DNA of 64,000 bases from an uncultured Gemmatimonadales bacterium (lineage in GTDB: Bacteria; Gemmatimonadota; Gemmatimonadetes; Gemmatimonadales; Gemmatimonadaceae), in contig OY969695.1 of assembly GCA_963701965.1 (NCBI GenBank), positions 1,792,001 to 1,856,000 of the forward strand, in the 5' to 3' direction. Positions 10,534 to 18,709 of this stretch are shown here, in pieces. A program made the translations under genes and the position numbers. The first letter of the stretch is position 1. Each line of letters starts with the position of its first letter. Below the pieces are notes generated by a model. The model had not been told where the DNA came from. It searched no databases and saw only the letters and a list, made by a program, of their open reading frames with translations.

Positions 10534-11619
10534 GTGATTGACGATCGTTCGCGTCCCTACGCTCGCCGCGGTGTCGGCCTGGCGCTCGCCGCCGCGCTGC
10601 TGTTTGGCCTCAGCACGCCCTTCGCCAAGGGCCTCGTCGGCACGATCCGACCACAGCTCCTCGCGGGGCTCCTGTACATCGGTTCCGGCACGGGCCTGGG
10701 TCTCTTCTGGTTGGTACGCCGAGTGCAGGGTGCGCCGCCACCAGACGCGCCACTGACCCGGCACGATCTCCCGTGGCTCGCCGGCGCCGTGCTTGCCGGC
10801 GGCGTCGTCGCACCACTGCTCCTGCTCGCCGGGTTGATAGGCACACCCGCGTCGGGCGCTTCCCTACTCCTAAATCTCGAAGGGGTGTTCACCGCCCTGC
10901 TCGCCTGGTTCGTCTTTCACGAGAACTTCGACCGCCGCATCGCACTCGGCATGCTGGCCATCGTCGCCGGCGGTGCGCTCCTCTCAAGGCAGGGCGACGC
11001 GCGAGTAGCCTCGGCAGCCGGTCCGCTGCTGATCGCCGGCGCGTGTCTCTCCTGGGGCATCGACAACAACCTCACCCAGAAAGTGTCGGCCAGTGATCCT
11101 GTCGCCATCGCAGCCATAAAGGGTCTCGTCGCCGGCACCGTGAACGCCGGCATCGCGCTCTCCCTTGGCGCCGCCCTACCGACCGGGCCGCGCCTCGCCG
11201 GCGCGTTGGCGCTGGGTCTGGCGAGCTACGGCATCAGCTTGGTGCTCTACGTACGCGCACTCCGGGAATTGGGGACGGCCCGGACTGGCGCCTACTTTGC
11301 GCTGGCGCCGTTCGCCGGCGCCGCGCTGTCGCTGATTCTCTGGCGCGAGCCGCTCACGCTGCCGTTCCTTGCCGCCGCGGCGCTCATGGCCGTTGGCGTG
11401 TGGCTGCACGTCACGGAGCACCACGATCACACGCACGCCCATGATCCACTGGATCACGAACACGCCCACGTGCACGACGCGCACCATCGGCACGATCATA
11501 CGGCCGGCAATCCACCCGTCACCGATCCGGCACCCCACGTCCACGCCCATCACCACGATCCGTTAACGCACACCCATCCACACTACCCCGACATCCACCA
11601 CCGCCACGGTCACCCGTAG
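10534..11619 (+). CDS. EamA/DMT transporter with His-rich C-terminal tail
   Basis: About 10 TM helices, WGIDNNLT motif, about 26 His in the last ~70 aa ending HYPDIHHRHGHP. Confidence 0.9.
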   Translation: MIDDRSRPYARRGVGLALAAALLFGLSTPFAKGLVGTIRPQLLAGLLYIGSGTGLGLFWLVRRVQGAPPPDAPLTRHDLPWLAGAVLAGGVVAPLLLLAGLIGTPASGASLLLNLEGVFTALLAWFVFHENFDRRIALGMLAIVAGGALLSRQGDARVASAAGPLLIAGACLSWGIDNNLTQKVSASDPVAIAAIKGLVAGTVNAGIALSLGAALPTGPRLAGALALGLASYGISLVLYVRALRELGTARTGAYFALAPFAGAALSLILWREPLTLPFLAAAALMAVGVWLHVTEHHDHTHAHDPLDHEHAHVHDAHHRHDHTAGNPPVTDPAPHVHAHHHDPLTHTHPHYPDIHHRHGHP

Positions 11620-11821
11620 GCGATCCCGAGACACACTCTCGCGAACATCATGGTGCGATGCCGCCGCCGGTTACCCCATGCAATGTCAACATTTGTCGGG
11701 TGTAACGCGCACACGCAGCTCTACGACCTGCCACGAGTCGACTTTCCCCCTAGACTCCGCGGGCAATTCCTGTCTCGCTTGGCGGCACCTTGCAACAGCA
11801 ATTCGCGACGATCTCGGCATA

Positions 11822-11858
11822 TACCGCGAGATCGCGTCGTCCGCTGCCGCCCTTCCCT
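11822..11858 (+). repeat. 37-bp repeat of 31324-31360 (34/37 identical); possible eroded att-junction arm
   Basis: taccgcgagatcgcgtcgtccgctgccgcccttccct vs taccgcgagatcgcgtcgtcccctgccgtacttccct. Confidence 0.7.
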
Positions 11859-11949
11859 GGATGCTATACCGTTATTTTGCCGGGTCAGGTACGCGGCCAT
11901 CGCCGCCACCATGACGAGGAGCGTGCGCCGTAACGCGGTCTGGCCGGCG

Positions 11950-13284
11950 TTATTGGCCAGACGAGCACCCCGAGACCGGATCGTGAACGCACCGCGTGGG
12001 CTCACCCGCGTATTCGGAGCAATGGTCCATTCCAATCCGCGCGATATAGCCGTCGGGCCGAATCAAGATTCTTGGCCCTTCGGCGGTCACGAATTCCGTT
12101 GCGTGACTGCCCCGTAGATGCTCGAACAACCTGCTCCCGTCGGGAAGCCGGACATCCGGCATGCGGTCTCCGGGATGGAGGCCCGCGAGCACCTGTCCCG
12201 AAGACAGGGAGCTGGTCCGGTAGTGCAACGCCAATTGGTTCGTCGCGTCGCCACGCTTGATCGACCGCGCTTGGTGCAAGCGCTTGCTCAAACCGAGTAC
12301 GGCGGCGGCGATGGGGAGGCGCTCGGCTTCGTACGTGTCGAGTAGCGAATCGGGACCTCCGCGTACAGCGTGCGCAAGTTTCCAGCCCAGATTATAGGCG
12401 TCCTGCACACCGGTGTTGAGCCCCTGTCCACCCGCTGGAGGGTGTACGTGCGCTGCATCCCCCGCCAGGAAGACGCGTCCCACGCGGAATCGATTGACCA
12501 TGCGCACCGTCGGTCGATACATCGAACTCCAGCTGACTCGTCCGACACGGTGGCCGGTGGCTCTCTGCACCCCCTTCTCGATGTCCGGTCCAACACTCTC
12601 CGCTTTGCCAATCAGTTGGAAGAGCGGCGTGCCCGGCAACGGGCAAAGGCCGATGGGCGAGCCTCTAGTCAAGGGCCAGATATGCCAGTCGCGACGGTCA
12701 AGTCCCTCCACCTCGACGTCGGCCACGAGCACGGGGTCTTCATCCATCGCCTCGCCTTCCAGTTTCAGGGCAAGCGCTTTTCGCACCGCACTGTGGCCTC
12801 CGTCGCAGCCGACCAGGAAGGCCACGCGCACGGTCTCGCCGGTGGCGAAGGTCGCGTCGACCCCGCTCTGATCTTGCCGGAATGTTGCGAGCGCTGTGCC
12901 GAATTCGACCTGGCCGCCCAACGCGCGCAAGCGTTCGCGCATGATAGCTTCCGTGCGCGATTGCGGTATCATCCAGATGTTGGGATAGGGCACGCGCTCG
13001 GTTGGCTGTCTGGCGCTACCCAGCGAGCCGGCGCGCAGAGAAAAGGGACCGATGTGAATCCGGAATTTCGGATAAGGCCCCCCGGCGGCAAGGATCGCAT
13101 CGACGACCCCAAGGTCTTCCAGGATCTCGAGGGTGCGCGGTTGGATGCCTTTGCCGCGCGAGCCGGCAAATGGTGTGTCCGCGGCGTCGATCAGACGAAA
13201 CGAGATTCCTCTTCGAGCGAGGTCCAGTGCGAGAGTCAAGCCAGTTGGTCCAGCGCCGGCAATCAGAATCGCGGTTTCGTACAT
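11950..13284 (-). CDS. FAD-dependent monooxygenase (group A, PheA/TfdB/Rox-like)
   Basis: GAGPTGL, VGCDGGHS, GDAAHVHPPAGGQGLNTG, IRPDGY motifs. Confidence 0.92.
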   Translation of the reverse strand: MYETAILIAGAGPTGLTLALDLARRGISFRLIDAADTPFAGSRGKGIQPRTLEILEDLGVVDAILAAGGPYPKFRIHIGPFSLRAGSLGSARQPTERVPYPNIWMIPQSRTEAIMRERLRALGGQVEFGTALATFRQDQSGVDATFATGETVRVAFLVGCDGGHSAVRKALALKLEGEAMDEDPVLVADVEVEGLDRRDWHIWPLTRGSPIGLCPLPGTPLFQLIGKAESVGPDIEKGVQRATGHRVGRVSWSSMYRPTVRMVNRFRVGRVFLAGDAAHVHPPAGGQGLNTGVQDAYNLGWKLAHAVRGGPDSLLDTYEAERLPIAAAVLGLSKRLHQARSIKRGDATNQLALHYRTSSLSSGQVLAGLHPGDRMPDVRLPDGSRLFEHLRGSHATEFVTAEGPRILIRPDGYIARIGMDHCSEYAGEPTRCVHDPVSGCSSGQ

Positions 13285-13318
13285 TGTACGAATAGTTATA
13301 ATTAGTACGGTGTACGAA
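13276..13318. promoter_or_regulatory. Two TetR-type operators flanking a TATAAT
   Basis: Perfect palindrome TTCGTACA-T-TGTACGAA (13276-13292) and 14/17 copy TTAGTACGGTGTACGAA (13302-13318); TATAAT at 13297-13302. Confidence 0.8.
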
Positions 13319-13926
13319 TGTCAAGACGACGACTCCAACTGAGCCGGGAAAGGATCGCCGCGGCCGCGCTGGCGATTGCCGATGTGGAGGGATTTGAAGC
13401 GGTCTCGATGCGCCGCGTGGCCCAGGAACTCGGTGTCGGCACCATGAGCCTCTATTACTACGTGAAGACCAAGGACGATCTGGTCGCCGTAATGGATGAC
13501 GCGCTCATGGGCGAGATTCTTGTGCCCTCGCTTCCGAAGGGTTGGAAACGCGCCATGGCAGAAATCGCCGCCCGAACGCTCGCCGTCTTTCTTCGACACC
13601 CCTGGGCGCTAGTCTCAATGTCGTCGGCGCCACCAGGGGTGAACGCGATGCGCCACATGGAGCAGTGCCTGGAAGCGTTGGCCGAGACCTCAATGACGAC
13701 GGAGCAGAAACTCACACTGCTGGCGATCGTAGACGACTTCGTCTTTGGCCACGCGCTGCGCGAAGCGGCCAGCGATGCTACGATCGACCCGGATTTGGCG
13801 GTGGCCCAGATGGCCAGTGGCGCTTTTCCCCAGCTGGCAAAGGTGTTCGGGGGCGGCCGGATAGGTCCGAGGAAAGACCGCTTCAGGGCAGGCTTGCGGT
13901 TGCTGCTTCAGCAAGCGCGCAAGTAA
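13318..13926 (+). CDS. TetR-family regulator (TetR_C type)
   Basis: LSRERIAAAALAIAD.EG..AVSMRRVAQELGVGTMSLYYYV HTH; RHPW motif. Confidence 0.95.
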   Translation: MSRRRLQLSRERIAAAALAIADVEGFEAVSMRRVAQELGVGTMSLYYYVKTKDDLVAVMDDALMGEILVPSLPKGWKRAMAEIAARTLAVFLRHPWALVSMSSAPPGVNAMRHMEQCLEALAETSMTTEQKLTLLAIVDDFVFGHALREAASDATIDPDLAVAQMASGAFPQLAKVFGGGRIGPRKDRFRAGLRLLLQQARK

Positions 13927-14092
13927 GTCGGGCACGACGCAACTCGCTGGCGTCCTCAAGCGAGCCAGAACGCCACTGTGCTGCGCGACTGGGGTCGCCT
14001 GCCCTCGGTTGCCGAGGCGGGCGGTGATTGTCAGCGCGGTGGGAGATGAATGTGCCGAGCGCAATCGTCGTGCGGTCGAGACGGCACCACAA

Positions 14093-14176
14093 TTTCGAGT
14101 TCTCGCGGAGGGCACGGGGCCGGAGCTCGTGCTCGCCCATGGAGGCTTACAGACGGCGGAGTTGCTCTCGCCATTG
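14093..14176 (+). pseudogene. Possible alpha/beta-hydrolase N-terminal remnant
   Basis: Short FRVLAEGTGPELVLAHGG motif with no continuation. Confidence 0.3.
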
Positions 14177-14273
14177 GTCATCGCGCCGCGTACACCATGG
14201 CGCTCGGCGCCACCGCGAAAAGCGATCGACAACCCCCGGTTGGATTCGCCGCGATCGGCCGGCCGGGATCCGA

Positions 14274-15191
14274 TCAACGCGCTCGTTTCGGAGCGGGGAT
14301 GACCGGCGCGAACTGCTCCGCCACCGCGCGCTGGAGAAACGTGGCGGCGGTGTCGAGCCGTCCGAGGTGACCGGCACGCACGAAGACGATCGCGACCGAG
14401 AGCGTCACTCCGGGACGAGTCAGCTGCTCGAGATGCCGGCGCCGCGGATGCGCCGCGAGGAGGCGGGCCGGAACGATCCCGAGCCCCAACCCACCAGCGA
14501 CCAGCGACAGCTGCATCTCAATGTTGTGGATCTCGGCGGCGATGCGGAACGCTGTTCCTATCTCGCGCAGTTTCACCTCGAGCACCTGCCGGATGAGACA
14601 CCCCGGTGGGTTGACCACCCACGGCGCATCGAGGTCGGGCGGAGCCGAACGGCCGTCCCCGTCGCGCGCGCGGATCAGCGCGAGCCGTTCGGTGGCCACG
14701 ACGGTGGCGTCGAGGTCGTGCGGCGTGCCGCCGGCGGCGGGCATGAGCGCCAGCGCCGCGTCGAGGGCGCCCGTCCGTACCTGCTCGAGAAGCGTCCGCG
14801 TGAGATCCGTCGTGATCACTGGCCGCAGTCGCCTGAACCGATTCGTCAATCGTTGAATCACGCCGACGAGACTGGCCTGCGCGAGCGCGTGGGCGACCCC
14901 CAAACGGAACGTGCCGGTCGGCTCCACCTCCGGCGACGCCGCGGCCTTGAGATCATCCATGACGCGCAAGAGGTGCCGTCCTCGATCGAGCACCTCGCGA
15001 CCCGCGCGGGTAATCCGCGCCGGCTTGACACGGCGATCGAGAAGCGGTGCCCCGAGCGCGTGCTCAAGGCGCTGGATCTGCCGCGTGACCGCCGACGGTG
15101 TCAGGAACAGGCGCTCGGACGCCCGCCGCAACGAGCCGGACTCCGCCAGCATGACGAACGATCGAATCTCATCGAGCATTGTGGGCAACAT
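14274..15191 (-). CDS. LysR-family regulator
   Basis: LDEIRSFVMLAESGSLRRASERLFLTPSAVTRQIQRLE HTH; start 15191 or 15179. Confidence 0.93.
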   Translation of the reverse strand: MLPTMLDEIRSFVMLAESGSLRRASERLFLTPSAVTRQIQRLEHALGAPLLDRRVKPARITRAGREVLDRGRHLLRVMDDLKAAASPEVEPTGTFRLGVAHALAQASLVGVIQRLTNRFRRLRPVITTDLTRTLLEQVRTGALDAALALMPAAGGTPHDLDATVVATERLALIRARDGDGRSAPPDLDAPWVVNPPGCLIRQVLEVKLREIGTAFRIAAEIHNIEMQLSLVAGGLGLGIVPARLLAAHPRRRHLEQLTRPGVTLSVAIVFVRAGHLGRLDTAATFLQRAVAEQFAPVIPAPKRAR

Positions 15192-15204
15192 GATAGTGCC
15201 GATA

Positions 15205-15219
15205 TTGCATTTGACGCAA
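15205..15219. promoter_or_regulatory. LysR T-N11-A box TTGC-N7-GCAA
   Basis: Dyad in the divergent LysR/qor intergenic region. Confidence 0.55.
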
Positions 15220-15246
15220 CTCTTTACCGGGCCCAGATTGCGGCGC

Positions 15247-16218
15247 ATGACAGGCGCTATTCGCGTGTCCGCCACGGGCGGCCCCGAGGTGCTCCGCTGG
15301 GAGACGATCGAGCTCGGCGCACCAGGGCCGGGGCAGGTACGCCTCGCGCACACGGCGATCGGTATCAATTACATCGACGTGTACCACCGGAGCGGCCTGT
15401 ATCCGCAACCGCTGCCGTTCATCCCTGGTGTCGAAGGCGTGGGTGTGGTCGAAGCGACGGGACCGGACGTGACCGGCCTCACGGTAGGCGCGCGGGTCGC
15501 GTATGCGCTGCTACCGGGGAGCTACGCCGAGGCGCGGTTGGCGCCGGCCGATCGCTTGATCTCGTTACCGGACCACGTCGCCGACGATCTCGCGGCGGGC
15601 CTCATGCTCCGAGGGATGACGGTCGAGTTCCTGGTCGAGCGCTGCTACCGCGTGCAGCCCGGCGACTGGGTCTTGTGGCACGCGGCCGCCGGTGGCGTGG
15701 GCACGATCGCAATGGGTTGGCTCAAGGCGCTCAGCGCGGTGGTGATCGGCACCGCGGGATCCGACGAGAAGTGCGCAGCCGCCGCCGCCCTCGGCGCGGA
15801 CTTCGTCATCGACTATCGCGCCAAAGACTGGGTAGCCCAGGTGAAGGATCTGACCCGGGGCCGCGGCGTCGACGTCGTCTATGACGGCGTCGGCAAAGAC
15901 ACGTGCCTGGCGTCGCTCGACTGCCTCAAGCCGAGAGGGACTCTCGTCACGTTCGGCAACGCCTCGGGCGCAGTGCCGCCGATCGAGCCGCTGACCCTCA
16001 TGGCGAAAGGTTCGGTGCACTTCACGCGGCCGAGTCTCACCCACTACATCGCGAGCCGCGCCGACCTGGAGCACTCGGCGGCCTCGGTGTTTACCATGCT
16101 CGAGCGCGGCGCGATCGCGCCGGCCATCGGAGGGCGGTACGCGCTCGCCAATGCGGCGACGGCGCATCGCGATCTCGAGACGCGCCGCACGCGCGGCTCC
16201 GTCGTATTCACCCTGTGA
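15247..16218 (+). CDS. qor: NADPH:quinone oxidoreductase (zeta-crystallin/MDR family)
   Basis: GINYIDVYHRSGLY, HAAAGGVG, VYDGVGKDT, FGNASG. Confidence 0.92.
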   Translation: MTGAIRVSATGGPEVLRWETIELGAPGPGQVRLAHTAIGINYIDVYHRSGLYPQPLPFIPGVEGVGVVEATGPDVTGLTVGARVAYALLPGSYAEARLAPADRLISLPDHVADDLAAGLMLRGMTVEFLVERCYRVQPGDWVLWHAAAGGVGTIAMGWLKALSAVVIGTAGSDEKCAAAAALGADFVIDYRAKDWVAQVKDLTRGRGVDVVYDGVGKDTCLASLDCLKPRGTLVTFGNASGAVPPIEPLTLMAKGSVHFTRPSLTHYIASRADLEHSAASVFTMLERGAIAPAIGGRYALANAATAHRDLETRRTRGSVVFTL

Positions 16219-16229
16219 TCGAGTGATTG

Positions 16230-16607
16230 ATGACCAGGCACGCCATTACCACGGACAAAATCGCCAAACCGGTCGGTCCATTCTCGCCGGCCGTTCGCGC
16301 CGGCGAGGCGCTGTACCTGAGCGGGCAGGTCGCTCAGGATCCCGCGACCGGCAAGCTCATCGCGGGCGACGTCGCCACGCAGACGGAGCGGATCTTTCGG
16401 AACATCGAGGCGGTGCTACAGGCGGCGCATCTCAGCCTGGAGCATGTCGTCAAGGTGACGGTCTACCTGACGGACATGAAAGAATTCGCCGCCATGAACG
16501 AAGTGTACGGGCGTCAGTTCGCCGCGCCGTACCCGGCGCGGACGACCATCGCGGTCGCGGCGCTCCCATTAGGCGCTGCCGTCGAGTTGGACGTCATCGC
16601 GCGGTGA
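16230..16607 (+). CDS. RidA/YjgF family enamine deaminase
   Basis: GPFSPAV, LSGQ, VVKVTVYL, PARTT..LPLGAAVE. Confidence 0.92.
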   Translation: MTRHAITTDKIAKPVGPFSPAVRAGEALYLSGQVAQDPATGKLIAGDVATQTERIFRNIEAVLQAAHLSLEHVVKVTVYLTDMKEFAAMNEVYGRQFAAPYPARTTIAVAALPLGAAVELDVIAR

Positions 16608-17469
16608 GCCACGTGCGCCGGCCGTATCGCTACCGCGTCGTCAATGTGTTCACGACCGAGCCGTTCGAGGGGAATCCGCTCGCCGTGTTCACGGACGCGT
16701 ACGGCCTCGACGACCGCGCAATGCAGCGCATCGCCCGGGAGCTCAACCTCTCGGAGACGACGTTTTGCTTTCCGGCCACGCGCGCCGATTGCGTGGCGAA
16801 CGTCAGGATTTTCACGCCATGCAACGAGATGATGTTCGCCGGCCACCCGACGATCGGCACCAGCTTCGTGCTGCTGGACGAAGCCCACGTCCCGCCGCAC
16901 ACGGCCCAATTCATGCTGGAGGAGAAGGTCGGCCCGGTGCCGATTCGGGTCGACCCCGGCGAGCGGCCGCTCATCTCGGTTGCGCACGCCGCCCATTGAG
17001 TATGGCCCGACGGGCGACCGCGCGACGTGCGCTGCCGCGCTAGGTCTTCGCGCCGACGACCTTCTCGACGTCGCGCCGCAATTCGTCAGTGCCGGCAATC
17101 CCACGCTGTTCATCCCGCTCAGAGACCCCAGCGTCGTCGACCGTGCCTGCCCTGAGCGGCTCGCAACGCTCAAGGGCGACCGGGTCGACCCGTTCTGCGT
17201 CTTTCTCTTCGCGCCGACGCCCTCGGGCGCATATTCGCGGATGTTCGCGCGCCGATTATGGCGTGCCAGAGGATCCCGCGACAGGGAGCGCCACGGGCCC
17301 GCTCGCCTCATTCATGCTGCGGCACGGTCTCGTCACCGGCTCTCGCATGACGAGCGAGCAGGGAACCAGAATGGGCCGGCGCAGCATTCTGCACGTCGCC
17401 ATCGACGGCGATGCCATCGACGTGGGCGGATACGTCACGTCCGTCGCCACCGGCCAGCTTACCCTCTGA
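16604..17469 (+). pseudogene. PhzF-family isomerase with two +1 frameshifts (about 16977 and 17250); may be sequencing errors
   Basis: NVFT..GNPLAV..ELNLSET..FAGHPT in one frame, LRTPP..YSRMFA in the next, EDPATGSA..EQG..GR in the third; GTGA overlap with RidA. Confidence 0.85.
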
Positions 17470-17499
17470 CCGCCATTCTCGTGATGCTGCTCGTTCTCG

Positions 17500-17558
17500 C
17501 CATGGGCGGTACAAGGCTCGCACTTGTGATGTCCACGATGTCAACGTGGCGCTCTAAC
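17500..17558 (-). repeat. Degenerate 3' copy of tRNA-Val(GAC) (att-like remnant)
   Basis: 17503-17558 matches 42831-42886 at 52/56; 5' end of the tRNA missing. Confidence 0.9.
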
Positions 17559-17794
17559 GGCGCCAGTTCCGCCAGTGTAGGCGATCCCTTTGAACATGTC
17601 TGGGTGCTTCACCGGCGGAGATCGCGCGCCGCGGCAATGCGCTCCTGACTCGATGACCATCTACGCCCGCGAGTCGATGTTGGTCGGCGACACGGGCACG
17701 GTCGTGCCGCCGCGCCGGCAATGCGCAGGCCGACGGCGATTCCTGCCAACCCGCCAATGGCGAGAGGGTTCACCTCCGCGATCACCCCCGCGGC

Positions 17795-18643
17795 TCACTG
17801 TATCCCTAATAGTTGACCGGAACAGTGTGTCGTTGCCTGTCCGCCAATCCAGACGGCTCCGCCCGCGTCTCGATCGATGTAGATACGGCCGGCGCGCCCC
17901 ACGCGTGTCCCTTGCGAGGCGATATAGGGCGCCGTGGCGCGCCCCGAGGAAATCAACCATTCCGCGACTGAAGCGTTGAGACTGCCGGTGACGGGGTCCT
18001 CGACCAGGCGGTGATGATGATCTGAAAAGATGGCGCGCACCTCGAACGCTACCGGACTGCCTACGGGATACGGACCGACGAGCCCGATATCGACGCGCTT
18101 GGGGTGTTCTTTCGCCGGCTCGACGGCGAGCACGCCATCCGCCGAGGCCAGCAGCACCGCGATCCAGCCCGGCCCATTGTCGGCCCACTGAGCATCGATG
18201 ATCGCCGAGCGATCGATGCGCAGTACGGCTGCGACCTCCCGGAGTTTCTCTTCCTCTACCGGGCCGCTACGAATGAGTCGCGGCGCAGCAAAGGCCAGGC
18301 GCCCTCCGTCCCTCCGAATCGGGACCAAGCCCGCGCCGCATTCTTGGACGATGGCCATACTGCCGCGCGGCGTGTTGCCTGCCTCGAGCCAGGCATGGCA
18401 CGTGCCAAGCGTCGGGTGACCAGCGAACGGCATCTCGCGATCCAGCGTGAAGATGCGCACACGGTAGTCCGCCTCGCGCGAGACAGGCGGAAGGAGAAAC
18501 GCGGTTTCGGAGAAATTCAGCCAGCGTGTGATCTGCTGCATCTCTTCAGTCGACAAGCCTTCCGCGTCAAAAACGACAGCGAGCGGATTGCCAGTCAGCG
18601 GCTGGGTATGGAAGACGTCGATGAGCTTAAAAGAGCGATGCAT
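17795..18643 (-). CDS. PhzF-family isomerase
   Basis: DVF..GNPLAVV..NFSET..FAGHPTLG..EDPVTGS..QGT..GRAG. Confidence 0.93.
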   Translation of the reverse strand: MHRSFKLIDVFHTQPLTGNPLAVVFDAEGLSTEEMQQITRWLNFSETAFLLPPVSREADYRVRIFTLDREMPFAGHPTLGTCHAWLEAGNTPRGSMAIVQECGAGLVPIRRDGGRLAFAAPRLIRSGPVEEEKLREVAAVLRIDRSAIIDAQWADNGPGWIAVLLASADGVLAVEPAKEHPKRVDIGLVGPYPVGSPVAFEVRAIFSDHHHRLVEDPVTGSLNASVAEWLISSGRATAPYIASQGTRVGRAGRIYIDRDAGGAVWIGGQATTHCSGQLLGIQ

Positions 18644-18709
18644 GATGGAAATCCGGCGACTGGAAGTATGGGATTCAATGACGGAGAAGCTGGGAGTATC
18701 TGACCGCGT

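Noticed and set aside
14028..15884. Long alternative-frame or antisense ORFs (e.g. 14028-15884, 62232-63977, 53898-55091, 55835-56890)
   Set aside because: Arg/Pro/Ala-rich shadows of well-supported genes in high-GC DNA, with no motifs.
16604..18643. Phenazine biosynthesis cluster
   Set aside because: Only PhzF-family genes; no phzA/B/D/E/G.
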